A stretch of DNA of 64,000 nt from Balanoglossus misakiensis (taxonomy: Eukaryota > Animalia > Hemichordata): contig CM082589.2 in NCBI GenBank assembly GCA_040954595.2, forward strand, positions 11,358,894 to 11,422,893, written 5' to 3'. Shown piece after piece: positions 62,204-64,000 of the stretch. Below the pieces are notes generated by a model. The model had not been told where the DNA came from. It saw only the letters and a program-made list of their open reading frames with translations, and ran no database searches. Made by a program: the position numbers and the translations under genes. How positions within the stretch are numbered: the stretch's first letter is position 1; each line of letters begins with the position of its first letter.

Positions 62204-64000
62204 ATACTACCACAGAGGGCGCTATACTGATCATCAAGTCTGTACCATTGAAATAAATCTGTGCAGATTGGGTAAATTAGGCATTTGGTTCTTCAGATTT
62301 TCATAAGTTGCACTAAAATGCTATGTGGCCCACTACAAGGACAAATAAGTCAAAAATGGCAAATTTGACGTTTACTTTGAGGTTGGCATGGGGCAAACGA
62401 GACAATACAAGAACACTGAAACTCAATTAGTGAAACACTAAAGTTGTACTTTATTTCTCTAACAAACTTAGAGAAAATTTACATGGCCATCTTTTTACTC
62501 AGAGACCTGATGTTGAATAGAAATGTGGTAGTGCAGGTCCACATGAGTGCCGTGTACTAGCCTCTCTCTCTGCAAATCCATCCACAACTTGCATGCAGAT
62601 AGTGGGAGTCTGATGTAAGCAACTACTGCAGTTACAGTCAGGACGTAAGTGGGATAATTAAACAGCAGGGGATCATGCAATGCAAACACTTGAACTGGCC
62701 AGTAACGTTTGAATTGCTCATTTGCATACAGTTTTTCAACTTTTTTCACAACGAAAGTTAAGCAACTAGCAACCCATTTCTGACAATTATTTCACCCCAG
62801 GCACATTACTGGTACTATGAGTGTACTACATGTGATTTTTCATGAAGTTTTATCGAGAAGAATTTCTTTACTTCCACTGACAAAATTGTGATCACGAAAT
62901 TCAAAGTGACCTTGAAGTTACAAAAAAAAATATCAGCCATACCCACACAAAAATTAACCCCCTCAGGTTTTAGAAACATTATTAAACTCCTCTATTCATA
63001 ATTTTGACATGAATATATCCATGCCGAGAGTCAAGGACCACAATTTACTGTGCCATAGGTCAGTCCTGAGAAGTCAGTCAGCGTGAATAGTGTATAGACT
63101 CCGTATGTAATATGCTAATGAGAGATAACGACGCGTTGAAAAGGAAGCCATTACGTCATGGGTTAACATGCGTTGACCTACTTCAATGCATACACATATG
63201 GCAAACACGGCTGTACTCGTCGATGGCGAAGGCAATTTTTACACCGTCATTACCCCACAACGGAGCGGCTCACACTATTATAATTTCACGGTAACTTAGT
63301 TCAATATCTTCCTAACCTACCCAATTTTTTTCAAGACAAGAAATCTTTGCCGAGAGTCAAGGACCACAATTTAAACCAACATACCGAAACTGTCTTTCTC
63401 GGGAAAGCGTCGTTAAAACTTCACGAAAAATCATCCTATCATTGACTATGGTGTTTCATACACGTCTTAGAAAAAACGGGTGCACTACGATCACTTGTAG
63501 TACCGAAAATCTCCGTTTGAACATTTTTCGAACTGGCCGTAACTGCCACTCAGCGACTTTCACATTCAAATAGATCTCTTTGATCTCACCGCCGTAATTA
63601 CCCCACTTACGTCCTGACTGGTTAATACTTAGAAAGTGTATTACCTCCAACACCCCATGGACGGTATCATGTCATCACCAGTAGCTATAGGTTCTTTTAA
63701 CACCTTGAGAGAAAAAAATGGATTGTTACTGATAGATTACAAAGCACTGACAATACAAGAGGGGGAGGGGTAAGGTTTGTTGAGAGCAGTTGTTTTTTGC
63801 TAAACATTAGTGAAAATATGAAATTATTGACATGTAGGATTTCAATTTTATGATGTAAGAGTATTTTATAATATCTCACCGGGACTTCAGTTGTCGCTGT
63901 AGTATTTAACCCAAGTTTAACTGTGCCACCCACGTCCATGCATGGCAAGGTTTTCTCTCCCAAAAGTTTCAGTTTGGTATCCCAGTTACCATCAGTTGCA

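Larger units (their letters stand above)
58790..64000. repeat. Diverged and rearranged inverted copy of ~55575-57945
   Basis: 58790-59100 matches the reverse complement of ~57420-57945; 62120-62515 matches ~56460-56870; 63690-64000 matches ~56290-56445 and ~55575-55700. Confidence 0.85.

Overview
AT-rich, repeat-dense animal genomic DNA, most consistent with a marine invertebrate deuterostome (inferred from gene and transposon types). The main host gene is the 3' half of a large multi-exon minus-strand receptor-like gene at 43144-52252 (pentraxin/LamG, EGF, HYR, sushi, RRKR site, four Cys-rich ephrin-receptor-like repeats, EGF-Ca, EGF, TM, NPxY tail). Bases 1-~12650 are a near-identical second copy of 47644-~57750. 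That copy carries an 8-bp frameshift and a 2651-bp insertion absent from the other copy. The insertion is an intact tyrosine-recombinase (Crypton-type) transposon, so its filled and empty sites are both in this window. Its ends are unusual: a 153-bp hairpin with a C-GAA-G loop and tandem GA mismatches, an asymmetric 14-bp inverted repeat and iterated GGTGATAT motifs. Other content: a decayed second Crypton recombinase, a Penelope fragment with a hammerhead-like motif, two L2/CR1 fragments, Helentron-like repeats with an OB-fold remnant, nested foldback elements, an 86-bp minisatellite split by a TA-duplicating transposon, 160-bp and 309-bp tandem arrays, MITEs and microsatellites. All calls come from manual reading; no searches were run.
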